This document shows, in pieces, positions 1-10,015 of a stretch of 64,000 bases of DNA (position 1 is the stretch's first letter; the number at the start of each line of letters is the position of its first letter). The DNA is from Syntrophomonadaceae bacterium. GTDB lineage: Bacteria > Bacillota > Dethiobacteria > DTU022. Under the pieces are notes generated by a model. The model saw only the letters and a list, made by a program, of their open reading frames with translations. It did no database searches and had not been told where the DNA came from. The stretch lies in contig PWYU01000088.1 of NCBI GenBank assembly GCA_003567725.1, positions 551-64,550 of the forward strand, read 5' to 3'. A program made the position numbers and the translations under genes.

Positions 1-1447
1 CATCGATTTCAGAATGCATGTACCGCACCCGTAAACCCATATTACGGTAGTATTCAGTCAGATCCTCAGACATCCGCTTCGTCAAAGTAGTAACAAGAAC
101 CCTCTGATCTGCTTCGGCCCTGACTCTAATTTCTCCGTAAAGATCGTCAACCTGGCCTTCAGCCGACCTGACTTCAACTACCGGGTCGGCCAACCCGGTA
201 GGCCTGATGATCTGTTCAACAATATCATCACTGCGCTCAAGTTCCCAGGGCCCGGGAGTAGCCGAAACCCGGATAGCCTGATTAACCAGGGATTCAAACT
301 CTTCAAATTGTAACGGCCGGTTGTCGAGGGCGGAAGGCAACCTGAAACCATGCTCAACCAGGGTGCTTTTTCGGGAATAATCACCTCGGTACATCCCATT
401 GATCTGAGGAATGGTAATATGAGATTCATCGATCATTACCAGCATCTCGGGAGGAAAATAATCGATCAAGGTAGACGGACGGCTCCCGGGAGGTCTGCCG
501 TCTAAATGCCGCGAATAGTTTTCAATACCGCTGCAAAAGCCGATTTCCTGGAGCATTTCCAGATCAAACTGGGTTCTTTGCTCAAGGCGCTGTGCTTCAA
601 GCAGTTTGCCCTCCTGCTTGAATTTGGCCAGCTGCTCCTGCAGCTCTTTTTCAATATCAGCCACCGCCCGCTGCAGCTGGTCTGGCGCGGTCACATAGTG
701 AGTAGCTGGAAAGATTGCAGCATGAGCACGATCTCCAATCACCTTACCGCTAACCAGGTCTACTTCGCGCAACCTCTCTATCTCATCTCCAAACAGTTCC
801 ACCCGGATCGCGGCCTCAGAAAAAGAAGCAGGAATGATCTCAATCACATCACCTCTAACCCGGAAAGTGCCGCGGTGAAAATCAATTTCATTACGCTGGT
901 AATGGATCTCAACCAGGCGATCTATAATATCATCACGGCTTATCCTGACTCCGGGGCGCAGAGAAAGGACCTGTTCCTTATATTCATGAGGTGAACCAAG
1001 TCCATAAATACATGAAACGGAAGCCACTATTATAACATCTTTTCGCTCCAGCAAAGCACTGGTTGCTGAATGCCTGAGTTTATCAATCTCGTCATTGATT
1101 GATGAGTCCTTTTCAATAAAAGTATCACTCTGAGGGATATAAGCTTCCGGTTGATAATAATCGTAATAGCTGATGAAATATTCAACAGCATTATTCGGAA
1201 ATAACTCTTTAAATTCACTGCAAAGCTGAGCAGCCAGTATTTTATTGGGCGCCATAACCAAAGTCGGACGCTGGACTCTTTCAATAACGTTGGCAACAGT
1301 AAAGGTTTTGCCTGAACCCGTAACCCCAAGCAAGGTCTGGTAAGGAGAACCCCGGTGTAGACCTTGCACCAGGGTTTCTATTGCCTCCGGCTGGTCACCG
1401 GTAGGCTTGTATTCAGATCTGATTTTAAAGCCACTGCTGACGGCCAT
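1..1447 (-). CDS. uvrB: Excinuclease ABC subunit B (UvrB), 5' part; the gene continues past the left edge of the window.
   Basis: Translating the minus strand from the ATG at 1447 gives [30 protein letters not shown]...GVTGSGKTF (Walker A) and runs open to position 1. It is absent from the ORF track because it runs off the edge. Confidence 0.9.
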   Translation of the reverse strand, partial: MAVSSGFKIRSEYKPTGDQPEAIETLVQGLHRGSPYQTLLGVTGSGKTFTVANVIERVQRPTLVMAPNKILAAQLCSEFKELFPNNAVEYFISYYDYYQPEAYIPQSDTFIEKDSSINDEIDKLRHSATSALLERKDVIIVASVSCIYGLGSPHEYKEQVLSLRPGVRISRDDIIDRLVEIHYQRNEIDFHRGTFRVRGDVIEIIPASFSEAAIRVELFGDEIERLREVDLVSGKVIGDRAHAAIFPATHYVTAPDQLQRAVADIEKELQEQLAKFKQEGKLLEAQRLEQRTQFDLEMLQEIGFCSGIENYSRHLDGRPPGSRPSTLIDYFPPEMLVMIDESHITIPQINGMYRGDYSRKSTLVEHGFRLPSALDNRPLQFEEFESLVNQAIRVSATPGPWELERSDDIVEQIIRPTGLADPVVEVRSAEGQVDDLYGEIRVRAEADQRVLVTTLTKRMSEDLTEYYRNMGLRVRYMHSEID

Positions 1448-1585
1448 TTACACACCTCCCATTCAGCGGCTTGCTAAAGTAATGTATTATTATTAGTCAA
1501 GAGCATCAATTATTATAACATAGTTGAAGGTCCGTTAACCAACTATTATTAATAATTGTTCCGAATGCAAGGATGTTTAAGTAAA

Positions 1586-2983
1586 TTATTGCTGTGGTTT
1601 AAGTAAAGAAACTCTAAGCTTCCTGGCTTTTTCTCGCCAGTTTTTAAGTTTACCAAGAGGCTCAGGTTTTCTCACTTCCAGATAAACCGGCGAATCTGCA
1701 GCGGGAACCGGGATTAAACCAAGGGTTGCGCTGCGATGAAGAATTGAATAATAAGAACGGTAAGTGTTTAAGCGGCTCTGGAAAGATCCTTTTGCGCTTT
1801 CTTCTTCGCGGATCTGTTTTTTCAGGACCGCTGAAAAAGGTTTTTCATCCCTCATTCCATCGATTAGCACCATAAAATAGCTGGCTTCAATCTTTTCCAG
1901 AAGCTCCCGGTTATCGGCAACTTCTTCTCCATTGACTTTCAAAATAGTATCATCTTGATAAAGTCCGGCCTGATGCGCCGGCGTATTGGGAATGACCATC
2001 ATTACATTTACCCCCGAGCTAACCTGGCGATAACGAGGAGGCCTGCTATTCTCTTTGTTTTTGCCATACAAAATTAAAAGCTCATGACCCAGGGGAGCAA
2101 AAAGCACTCCTGGTAAAGTCAGGGGTGGGAAAAACTCCGCCCCCATCGCAATAATTAGCAAGATTAAACTATAAAGTGCCAGCCAGCGGGCCGAAAAAGC
2201 AGTTCTTTCCCGCGGGGTCGAAGAAAGAACCATATCACCATATCCCAACCCTGCAGCAACCGGCACAATCATAAATTGCAGGCCTTTGCCTTCACCTGTC
2301 TCCAGGGCCGGTTGAAGAATAGGCCACCACTCCGGCATACTGACACCAACAATTTCAGGCTCTATTACTATGGTGACCAGCAGAGCAACCAGGGGTAAAG
2401 GCCAAAACCGATTCAGGGAAAAAGCTCCTACTACCTCCCCATCATTTTTTTTCAAATAAATCGGGCTGCTACCCCTGTGCCCTCCGATATAGATTAAAAA
2501 AGCTTCAACCAGGTGCAGCAAGCCGATCAACACCAGTAAGGCCGGGATATGTATCCGTAAAAGATATTCTATGACAATAAAGTCCGAAAGCCCGGGAAAA
2601 AGGGGAACTAAGATATGTAAAGCTATTAAATTCATGGCCGCCACAATTCCTCCGGCATAAGAAAAACAAAGATAGCGGGGGTTAATCAATAACAGGAGCA
2701 GGGCAACGGGCCAGATAAAATAAAGTCCAATTTGATCAAGGGAAAGCCCCAGGAACACGAGAACCGCACTCGCTGCAAAACCACCGATTAAACCCAGCCC
2801 TACCGACATAAGCATTTGTTTTCCAACCGGGTTAATATTTCGGCCAAAAAGTTTTTTTTCTGTTGAAGCTTGCCGTCTATACTGCAAATAAACCAAAAAT
2901 AGAACTATCCAGAATATAGGCATAACCAGGGCAATCATAAAAGTGGTTAGGAAGATCTGGCTTATTTCAAAAAATATAGTCAT
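1586..2983 (-). CDS. Polytopic membrane protein with a C-terminal PDZ domain (MinJ-like).
   Basis: 465 aa. The N-terminal ~300 aa are hydrophobic helices; the C-terminal PDZ signature is GVNVMMVIPNTPAHQAGLYQDDTILKVNGEEV. It sits between the ctp-like gene and uvrB, as in the B. subtilis ftsEX-ctpB-minJ-uvrB neighbourhood. Confidence 0.6.
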   Translation of the reverse strand: MTIFFEISQIFLTTFMIALVMPIFWIVLFLVYLQYRRQASTEKKLFGRNINPVGKQMLMSVGLGLIGGFAASAVLVFLGLSLDQIGLYFIWPVALLLLLINPRYLCFSYAGGIVAAMNLIALHILVPLFPGLSDFIVIEYLLRIHIPALLVLIGLLHLVEAFLIYIGGHRGSSPIYLKKNDGEVVGAFSLNRFWPLPLVALLVTIVIEPEIVGVSMPEWWPILQPALETGEGKGLQFMIVPVAAGLGYGDMVLSSTPRERTAFSARWLALYSLILLIIAMGAEFFPPLTLPGVLFAPLGHELLILYGKNKENSRPPRYRQVSSGVNVMMVIPNTPAHQAGLYQDDTILKVNGEEVADNRELLEKIEASYFMVLIDGMRDEKPFSAVLKKQIREEESAKGSFQSRLNTYRSYYSILHRSATLGLIPVPAADSPVYLEVRKPEPLGKLKNWREKARKLRVSLLKPQQ

Positions 2984-2986
2984 CGC

Positions 2987-4450
2987 TTAATCAGTTCTCC
3001 CAGCATTATTCAAGGGTGCAGAATCCAAGATTAGATCAATTCCAAAGTTTAGTTGCTCATCTTGCTTACGAGAAGCTGAGTCTAATTCTTTTCTCAGCTC
3101 AATCCAGGTAATATCATTAAATTCACCACTAGCCGGTAAATCTGCTTCTATTTGAAACTCTGTTAAAACCAGGCTGGTTGCTTCATCAAAGTAGCCACTA
3201 CTTTCAAGCTCATAACCCAGCTGAATTAACATATCCTGGAGCATCTCCACATTAGGCCCGTAATCACTCAGCTCCAGCCGGCCAGGATGAAAGTAACGGT
3301 AGTAGTGCAGGATATCAGGCATCTCTATTTCATAATCAGGAGCAATTCCATGCTTATCGATATTATGACCTGAAGGGGTAAAATAATTAGCGACCGTTAG
3401 CATAATTGCATTTTCACCAGGCAGCTTCTCCAACTGCTGAACTGAAGCCTTGCCAAAAGTTGTCTGACCCACTAAAAGCGCCGCCCCCCTGTCCTGCATA
3501 GCGCCGGCTAAAAGCTCTGCAGCGCTGGCTGAATCTTCATTAATGAGCGCTACAATTGGATAAGACTTTTTCTCGGCATTTGAAGTAAAAATGTCTTCAA
3601 CTTCACCATCACGCCCGATCAGCCGAACAATCTCTCCTTCAGGGACAATATCCCTGGCAATTATCACAGCCTGATCAAACAACCCCCCCGGGTTATTGCG
3701 CAGGTCCAAAATCAACCCCTGCTCTAAACCTTCCTCTTCAAGCTTATTTAAATGCTCTAAAAACACCCTGGCGGTATTGCTGTCGAAGTTACTGATAGCA
3801 ATATATCCGATATCATGATTTAATCTTTCGCTGGAAACAGTTGCAATTTGTATTTCTTCTCTGGTAACAGTCATCTCCAAGGGTTCTTCTGACCCGGGCC
3901 GCCGAATTGTGACTTCAACCGTAGTATCACCAGGGCCTCTTAATAGCTCAACAGCCCGCTCAATACCTTCCCCGGTAATCGTAATGCCATCTGCTTCTAG
4001 GATTATATCTCCAGCTGCGATTCCGCTTCTTTCAGCAGGGGAATCCGGAAAAACTTCAAAAACCACTATATCTTCACCGGTTTCAATAATCCGGATGCCA
4101 ATACCTCCATAAGAGCCTCTGGCATCCAAAAGAAATTCTTCCAGCTCCTCTGGATCATAAAAACGCACCTGGGGATCGTCAAGGATATCAATCATCCCAC
4201 GAACAGCACCTTCAACCAGATCTTCTATTTCCACAGGATAAAAGTAATTAGTGGTGATCCTTTGCAAAGCCTCAAAAAACAATGCTGTTTCTTCTTCCAA
4301 CTCATGCGTTTTCTGCTCATACCTGATAATTGTTCTAGGTTCTTCTTCAGCATTAGAAACAATAAGATAGTTTACAAGATTAGTTCCCAGTAAAAGAGCT
4401 ATAAATATAATCAATACTATAAAAAGCTTTTTGTTATCAACTTGATTCAA
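2987..4450 (-). CDS. S41 C-terminal processing peptidase (CtpA/CtpB-like) with a PDZ domain and a C-terminal peptidoglycan-binding repeat.
   Basis: 487 aa. Signal/TM N-terminus, PDZ region (GDIILEADGITITG), S41 core (LINEDSASAAELLAGAMQDRGAALLVGQTTFGK) and a PG_binding_1-like tail (LQDMLIQLGYELESSGYFDEAT). Confidence 0.85.
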   Translation of the reverse strand: MNQVDNKKLFIVLIIFIALLLGTNLVNYLIVSNAEEEPRTIIRYEQKTHELEEETALFFEALQRITTNYFYPVEIEDLVEGAVRGMIDILDDPQVRFYDPEELEEFLLDARGSYGGIGIRIIETGEDIVVFEVFPDSPAERSGIAAGDIILEADGITITGEGIERAVELLRGPGDTTVEVTIRRPGSEEPLEMTVTREEIQIATVSSERLNHDIGYIAISNFDSNTARVFLEHLNKLEEEGLEQGLILDLRNNPGGLFDQAVIIARDIVPEGEIVRLIGRDGEVEDIFTSNAEKKSYPIVALINEDSASAAELLAGAMQDRGAALLVGQTTFGKASVQQLEKLPGENAIMLTVANYFTPSGHNIDKHGIAPDYEIEMPDILHYYRYFHPGRLELSDYGPNVEMLQDMLIQLGYELESSGYFDEATSLVLTEFQIEADLPASGEFNDITWIELRKELDSASRKQDEQLNFGIDLILDSAPLNNAGRTD

Positions 4451-4567
4451 ACTTTAACCTCCTGTAATCAAAACACTCTTCTGCTCCGATAACGCCGTAA
4501 AGCTCGTAAACTATAATACCATAAATGATAGCCTGTGTGTTCAGGCTTATATTTTATCTATAGGGCA

Positions 4568-4602
4568 ATTAAAAACCATCCCTGTTAGTCAGCAATGGGA
4601 TG
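4568..4602 (-). terminator. Rho-independent terminator downstream of the M23 peptidase gene.
   Basis: On the minus strand: a 7-bp stem CCATCCC/GGGATGG followed by UUUUUAAUU. Confidence 0.5.
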
Positions 4603-4779
4603 GCCTGGATCGTGGCTCGCTGCAAAAGTTAAGGTTTTCCATGAATCCAGTTAATAGCTAACGTATTTTCACATACTGCAGCAGGTATCTGCCCTGAGAA
4701 TGAGATTTAGCTTTTTTAACCACCAGATGATGAAGCTTGCGCTAAATGATTGCCTTAACAATGATACAAAGTTATCTGA

Positions 4780-5991
4780 TTAAAAATATTCCATGGGATT
4801 ATAACGATGATCGGTTCCACCAACGGGATAATTTCTAACCGGTGCTTTTTCATATTCTCGAACTTCAAAATGCAAATGAACCCCGGTACTGTAACCGGTA
4901 GTCCCGGCTCGGGCAATCCGTTCTCCCCGATCCACGACATCGCCCTTACCTACCAGCAGGCTGCTCATATGGCCATAGAGAGTAACGGTTCCTCCACCAT
5001 GATCGATCATAACACAGTTGCCATACCCTCCGTTCCAGCCTGAATATATAACTTCCCCTCTTGCAGCAGCCAGTATATAGTTTGCCGCTCCACCGTGGGG
5101 AGCAATATCGACCCCGCCATGCCAGGCCTGCTGGCCGCTGAATGGATCCCGGCGCCAGCCATACCCTGAAGTTATTCTGGTAGGCGGCTCTATCGGCCAG
5201 TTTAATGCCCCTTCAATTCCTGAAAACTGGCTCTGCGCCTGAGCGATTAATTCACGAATCATAGAGTCAAGACGCTGAGCTTCTTTTTCAAGGTCTTCAA
5301 TAGTCTGGAGATTTTTTGCTATTTCACTTTGCAACTCATCGAGGATGGCTTCCCGATCTGAAGCTGCTTGCCTCATATCCTGTTCGTTAGTCGCTACCTG
5401 ACGGTGCATATTTTCAAGCTCTGCCTTATTTTCCTCCAGTTCGTCTTTCCAGGCCTGGATTACATCTCTTTCAGACTGAATTTCTTCAATGAGCCGTAAA
5501 TCATTAGAGGCTATTATGCTCAGGTTATAGAGCCTGGTCAAAAAATCGGGAAAGCTGCTTGATTCAAAAAGCACATCAATGTAAGAAACCACGCCATATT
5601 GTTGAATAGTCCGAAGTCGAAGATTTAACAGTTCTTCTTGATAACTGAGCCGCGCTTCTGCTTCAGACAGTTCATCTTCGGCATGAGCTATTTCAGCCTC
5701 TACCGCTGTTATTTCATTATTAAGGCGTTGTTGTTCTTGTTGCAGTTCATGAAGACGTTGCTCGAGGATTTTTAATTCTTCTTTAAGGGCAGCTTCACGG
5801 TTTAAACTATGTTCAAGAGCATCTTTTTGCTCTTTTTTCCGCTCTTCAACCCCTTCAAGCTCTTGCTGTTTAGAATCAATCTCATCTGTCGTTACCGCTT
5901 CTGCAACGACAAATACCATCGGTAAAATAAATAGGGCTAAAAATATGATTGCAAGTAAATTTTTACTGGTGAATAAATTGCCGGCAAACAT
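4780..5991 (-). CDS. M23/LytM peptidoglycan metalloendopeptidase with a long N-terminal coiled coil (EnvC-like).
   Basis: 403 aa. Signal peptide, about 230 aa of heptad-rich coiled coil, and a C-terminal M23 domain with intact HxxxD (WHGGVD) and HxH (VHLHFE) motifs. Confidence 0.85.
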   Translation of the reverse strand: MFAGNLFTSKNLLAIIFLALFILPMVFVVAEAVTTDEIDSKQQELEGVEERKKEQKDALEHSLNREAALKEELKILEQRLHELQQEQQRLNNEITAVEAEIAHAEDELSEAEARLSYQEELLNLRLRTIQQYGVVSYIDVLFESSSFPDFLTRLYNLSIIASNDLRLIEEIQSERDVIQAWKDELEENKAELENMHRQVATNEQDMRQAASDREAILDELQSEIAKNLQTIEDLEKEAQRLDSMIRELIAQAQSQFSGIEGALNWPIEPPTRITSGYGWRRDPFSGQQAWHGGVDIAPHGGAANYILAAARGEVIYSGWNGGYGNCVMIDHGGGTVTLYGHMSSLLVGKGDVVDRGERIARAGTTGYSTGVHLHFEVREYEKAPVRNYPVGGTDHRYNPMEYF

Positions 5992-6030
5992 ATTTCTCTT
6001 CCTCCCTGATAAAATAAATCATCATTATCT

Positions 6031-6948
6031 CTATACCTTTAAAAAACGGCCCATGGAAAACGTACTACCCAAAATACCAAGTCCGGTACCCAGCGGAATT
6101 AAATAAAATGACAGCTCCGTTATAACAATCTGCAGGGGCAGCAAATTGATGAACATTAATTCGTTAGTTGCCACCCACTCCATAGAAACTTGATAAACAT
6201 AATTAATAAGGCCAAGAGGGATCAGCGCTCCTACAAATCCCATCAACAGGCCTTCCAGCAAAAACGGCCAGCGAATAAACCAGTTAGTAGCGCCAACATA
6301 TTTCATAATGGTTATTTCTTTTTTACGCATCAGCACAGTCAATTTTATGGTGTGTGAAATTAAGAACACCGCTGTTATAGCCAGACCCGCCATAAGAGCA
6401 AGTCCAATAATCTGGATTATTCTGGTTACTGCAAATAAGTTTTCTACATAACCCTGACCATAAAATACAGCCGAAACACCCGGATAAGCCTCAAATTCCT
6501 CGGCCAATCTTACCACCGTCTCAGGATTTTCGGTTCTAACCTCGAAAGAAGCCAGAAGCGGATTGTCCAGTGCGGCATCATAACCTTCCAGCATACCTCC
6601 CAACTGCTGTTGAAGACGGCTCATATGCTCATCGCTTGAAACATATTCAACCCGGGCTACCGCCTGATGCCCGGCGATAGATCGGCCCAGTTCTTCCACA
6701 GTAGCCCTGTCTGCGGAATCATCAATATAAACTACCATTTCAACCTGTTCTTTAACAACCTCGGTTATATGCCTGACATTAAGATTTACAACCATAAAAC
6801 CACCGAGCATTAAAAGCGTTACCATAACCACCCCTGTGGAGGTTAAACACATCCAACGGTTACGATATAACCCTTTGAGAGTCTCGCCCAGAATATATAT
6901 AAAACCGTTAATGAACATGGGTGTAAATCCCCTTTTGCTCATCGGCAA
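6031..6948 (-). CDS. ftsX: Cell-division ABC transporter permease FtsX.
   Basis: 305 aa. Four TM segments with a large extracytoplasmic loop, directly downstream of ftsE. The start is uncertain (6948 or 6942); it overlaps the ftsE 3' end. Confidence 0.85.
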   Translation of the reverse strand: MPMSKRGFTPMFINGFIYILGETLKGLYRNRWMCLTSTGVVMVTLLMLGGFMVVNLNVRHITEVVKEQVEMVVYIDDSADRATVEELGRSIAGHQAVARVEYVSSDEHMSRLQQQLGGMLEGYDAALDNPLLASFEVRTENPETVVRLAEEFEAYPGVSAVFYGQGYVENLFAVTRIIQIIGLALMAGLAITAVFLISHTIKLTVLMRKKEITIMKYVGATNWFIRWPFLLEGLLMGFVGALIPLGLINYVYQVSMEWVATNELMFINLLPLQIVITELSFYLIPLGTGLGILGSTFSMGRFLKV

Positions 6949-7597
6949 CTAGTCTACCATTTTCCAAATAGATAACTCTCTTTTTAAAGCGGTCAACTAT
7001 ATCCCGGTTATGAGTTGCCACCAGGACCGTAGTGCCTCTCAGGTTTATGCTTCGTAAAAGGTTCATGATATCCAGCGCTGTGCCCGGATCAAGGTTTCCG
7101 GTCGGTTCATCAGCAATGATCATAGCAGGCCGGTTAGCAATTGCCCTGGCCAGGCCAACCCTTTGCTGTTCTCCTCCCGAAAGATCGGTAATTTTTGCTT
7201 TGGCCTTATCCTGCAGACCAACCAGGTTTAAAACATGGGGCACCCTGCGTTTTATCTCCCGACGAGAAGAACCTATTACCGTCATTGCAAAAGCTACATT
7301 ATCATAAACTGAGCGTTCTTCCATCAATCTGAAATCCTGGAACACCATCCCAATATTACGCCTCAGGTAAGGAAGGCGATGCCTCGGCAAACGACCCACA
7401 TCCCGGTTAAAAACTTTTAGCACCCCATCAGTGGGTTTAAGCTCCCGGATTATTAATTTTAACAGGGTAGATTTTCCGGCCCCGCTTGAACCAACAAAAA
7501 ATACAAATTCGCCGCGATCTATAAAAAAATTAACATTGTCAAGAGCCAATTGTCTGCCTTTGCCATATTTCATAAACAGGTTTTTTGCCTCAACCAT
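6908..7597 (-). CDS. ftsE: Cell-division ATP-binding protein FtsE.
   Basis: ABC ATPase with Walker A GSSGAGKST, signature LSGGEQQRVGLARA and Walker B IIADEP. The likely start is the internal Met (MVEAKNLFMKYG) at 7597 rather than the ORF-track start at 7657. Confidence 0.9.
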   Translation of the reverse strand: MVEAKNLFMKYGKGRQLALDNVNFFIDRGEFVFFVGSSGAGKSTLLKLIIRELKPTDGVLKVFNRDVGRLPRHRLPYLRRNIGMVFQDFRLMEERSVYDNVAFAMTVIGSSRREIKRRVPHVLNLVGLQDKAKAKITDLSGGEQQRVGLARAIANRPAMIIADEPTGNLDPGTALDIMNLLRSINLRGTTVLVATHNRDIVDRFKKRVIYLENGRLVADEQKGIYTHVH

Positions 7598-7795
7598 AAA
7601 AAACCCTTTCCTGTCTGAACTTAACATAATCTTAATTCTTTTTACATTATATTTCAACAGTAATATTAGTTATCCTGCTAAGTATTTAAAAATATTAACA
7701 TATTTTTGCAAATTATTTAGTAAATTAAAGGTTTTCCGTTTCCCTGGCAAGCAGCTACGAATATTGATTATAATCATTTTATTGAGGCTTGATCA

Positions 7796-8674
7796 TCAGG
7801 GGCTCGCCCCTATCTTAAAACCTCCTCCATGCACTTCAGTGGCATTGCCGATAATAACAAAAGCAGATGGATCAATTTCATAGATAATAGTTTTCAAATG
7901 GCTGGTTTGCTGCCTGGTAACCACACAAAGCAATACTTCTCGCCCTTCACCGGTATATCCACCGTGTCCTGCAATCCTTGTTACTCCGCGGCCCAGCTCG
8001 TTAAGCAACCTTTCATTAATTTCTGACCCACAGCAAGTGATGATAATCGCCTGCTTAGCAAGACCCAACCCTTCCAGGATAGCGTCAACTACTTTGATAC
8101 TGACAAAAAGAGCTAAAGCTGAGTACATGGCTGCTTCGCTGCCAAAAACAAATATAGCCAAAGTAAGCACAACAAGGTCTCCGATAAAAAGGGCCTGACC
8201 AGGACTGATCCCAAAAACTTTAGCTAAAATTAAAGAAAGTAAGGCAGTCCCACCGGTAGAACTGCGAAATTTAAAAATTAGACCTACTCCAATGCCCATA
8301 ATAACTCCGCCATATACTGCAGCCAATAGTAAGTCACCGGTAGCCTGAGGCAAGAAGGGGGCAGTTATATCAACTAAAATGGAAAAAATCAAGGTTCCAA
8401 TCAGGCTCTGAACTACCAGCCTCGGGCCCAGCATTTTATAGGTTATAATGAAAAGGGGAATATTTAATATAATAATGGTCAGGCCGATTGGAATCCCGGC
8501 AAGATGGTAGGCAAATACTCCTATCCCGCTTATTCCACCGGGAACAAGAAAATTGGGAACCTGAAACATGTTCATGCTCACAGCCATAATAAGGCTCCCT
8601 GCTGTAATGCCCAGCAGATCGATAAAATAAATCTTGATATCTGCTTTTGTTACCCGCGGTTTTCTAAATTTCAT
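7796..8674 (-). CDS. YitT-family membrane protein (DUF161 plus C-terminal DUF2179).
   Basis: 292 aa. Multi-pass membrane N-terminal part and a C-terminal soluble domain (ITCCGSEINERLLNELGRGVTRIAGHGGYTG), typical of the YitT/YpjC family. Confidence 0.7.
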   Translation of the reverse strand: MKFRKPRVTKADIKIYFIDLLGITAGSLIMAVSMNMFQVPNFLVPGGISGIGVFAYHLAGIPIGLTIIILNIPLFIITYKMLGPRLVVQSLIGTLIFSILVDITAPFLPQATGDLLLAAVYGGVIMGIGVGLIFKFRSSTGGTALLSLILAKVFGISPGQALFIGDLVVLTLAIFVFGSEAAMYSALALFVSIKVVDAILEGLGLAKQAIIITCCGSEINERLLNELGRGVTRIAGHGGYTGEGREVLLCVVTRQQTSHLKTIIYEIDPSAFVIIGNATEVHGGGFKIGASP

Positions 8675-8721
8675 CAGTGCTCCTAATAATTACTTTTTTG
8701 TAACTACTCAGGCATAGCCCG

Positions 8722-8833
8722 CTAAGCCACAGGGGACGGTTCCACCGTCTCCCCTTCGGCCTTAAAGCTATGCTTTAAGGGACGTTCGAACCGTCCCCAT
8801 GGTGCCGCTTATCATTCAACAAGGGCAATAGGC
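8722..8833. repeat. Copy A of a ~110-nt structured intergenic element: closing stem plus three hairpins. See findings.
   Basis: TAAGCCACA-GGGGACGGTTCCACCGTCTCCCC-TTCGG-CCTTAAAGCTATGCTTTAAGG-GACGTTCGAACCGTCCCC-ATGGTGCCGCTTATC-ATTCAACAAGGGCAATAGGC. Nearly identical to copies at 26468 and 21884. Confidence 0.75.
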
Positions 8834-8864
8834 TGAATAGTTCCCTTATAGTTTTAGATCTTTA

Positions 8865-9987
8865 TCATTTATATGATACTTTCCCTCTGGCTTTCCAACG
8901 CAGGTAAGCGTCTATAAAAGGATCTATCATTCCATCCATTACAGCTTCAACCTGGCCCACTTCAACACCTGTACGGTGATCTTTAACCAGGGTAAACGGA
9001 TGAAAAGTATAAGTCCTGATCTGGCTGCCCCAGGCAATTTCTCTTTGCTGCCCTCTTTCAGCATCGATCGCATCGGCCTGTTCTTGGCGGCTAATCTCTG
9101 CCAGCTTGGCCTGCAATACTCTCAAAGCCTGGGTTCGGTTACTATGCTGAGAACGATCATTTTGACAGGACGTCACCAGGCCGGTGGGAAGATGAGTGAT
9201 CCGCACCGCCGAATCTGTTTTGTTTACATGCTGGCCGCCTGCACCACTGGATCTAAAAGTATCTATCTTTAAATCATCTGGATTGACCAGATACTCCTCT
9301 TCCTCCACTTCAGGAACAACATCAACAGAAGCAAACGAAGTATGGCGCCGCTTGGAGGTATCATAAGGAGATATTCGGATTAACCTGTGGACCCCTTTTT
9401 CGGCCTGCAAATATCCATATGCAGCATGTCCACGGACTATAAAAGTAGCACTTTTTATTCCTGCTTCGTCATCACTTAATAAATCAACCAGCTCCACTTC
9501 ATAACCTTTCTGTTCGCACCACCGGTTATACATGCGCAGAAGCATCTCAGCCCAATCCTGTGATTCCAAACCACCGGCTCCTGGATGAAGGGATAATATG
9601 GCATCACAAAAATCATATTTCCCATTTAATAGAGTTTCCAGTTCAAGGCGATCTAAGTGATCTTTTATTTTTTTCAAAATCATCGCAGCTTCATTAACCG
9701 CTTCTTCATCTTCAAGCGCTTCGTCTTCAGCCAATTCCAGATATATTTCCGCTTCTTCGATCAATTTTTCCAGTTCAGATAAAGGGCGGATCTGTTCCCG
9801 CAAATTACCCAGCTTTTTCATATACTCCTGAGCTTTAGTACTGTTATCCCAAAAACCAGGTTCTCCGGTTTTTGCTTCTCCTTCTTTAAGCTGTTTCAGT
9901 TTTTTATCGTATTCAAAGAGAAGCCCTCATTTCTTCAAACCGCTTCTTCTGAAGCGCCAGTTCTTCGTGGTTTTCTTTCAGCATCAT
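8865..9987 (-). CDS. prfB: Peptide chain release factor 2, made from two frames by a programmed +1 frameshift (shift site CUU UGA A at about 9913-9918).
   Basis: Frame 0 from the ATG at 9987 gives MMLKENHEELALQKKRFEEMRASL, then UGA. The +1 frame continues EYDKKLKQLKEGEAKTGEPGFWDN... through the SPYD and GGQ (GAGGQHVNKTDSAVR) motifs to the stop at 8865. An internal SD-like AGGG lies just upstream of the shift site. Confidence 0.9.
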
Positions 9988-10015
9988 ACCACCACTTTCA
10001 ATTTTGGGTTATAAG

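Noticed and set aside
506-1329. Plus- and minus-strand ORFs of 162 aa, 99 aa, and 83 aa (at 178-429).
   Set aside because: All fall inside the uvrB coding region, in other frames or antisense. The uvrB translation is unambiguous.
8722-8833. The repeated structured element as a T-box, SAM, glycine, c-di-GMP or M-box riboswitch, or a tRNA gene.
   Set aside because: None of those consensus cores is present. The T-loop-like UUCGAAC hairpin is not accompanied by D or anticodon arms. The downstream genes share no function, so it is kept as an unassigned element.
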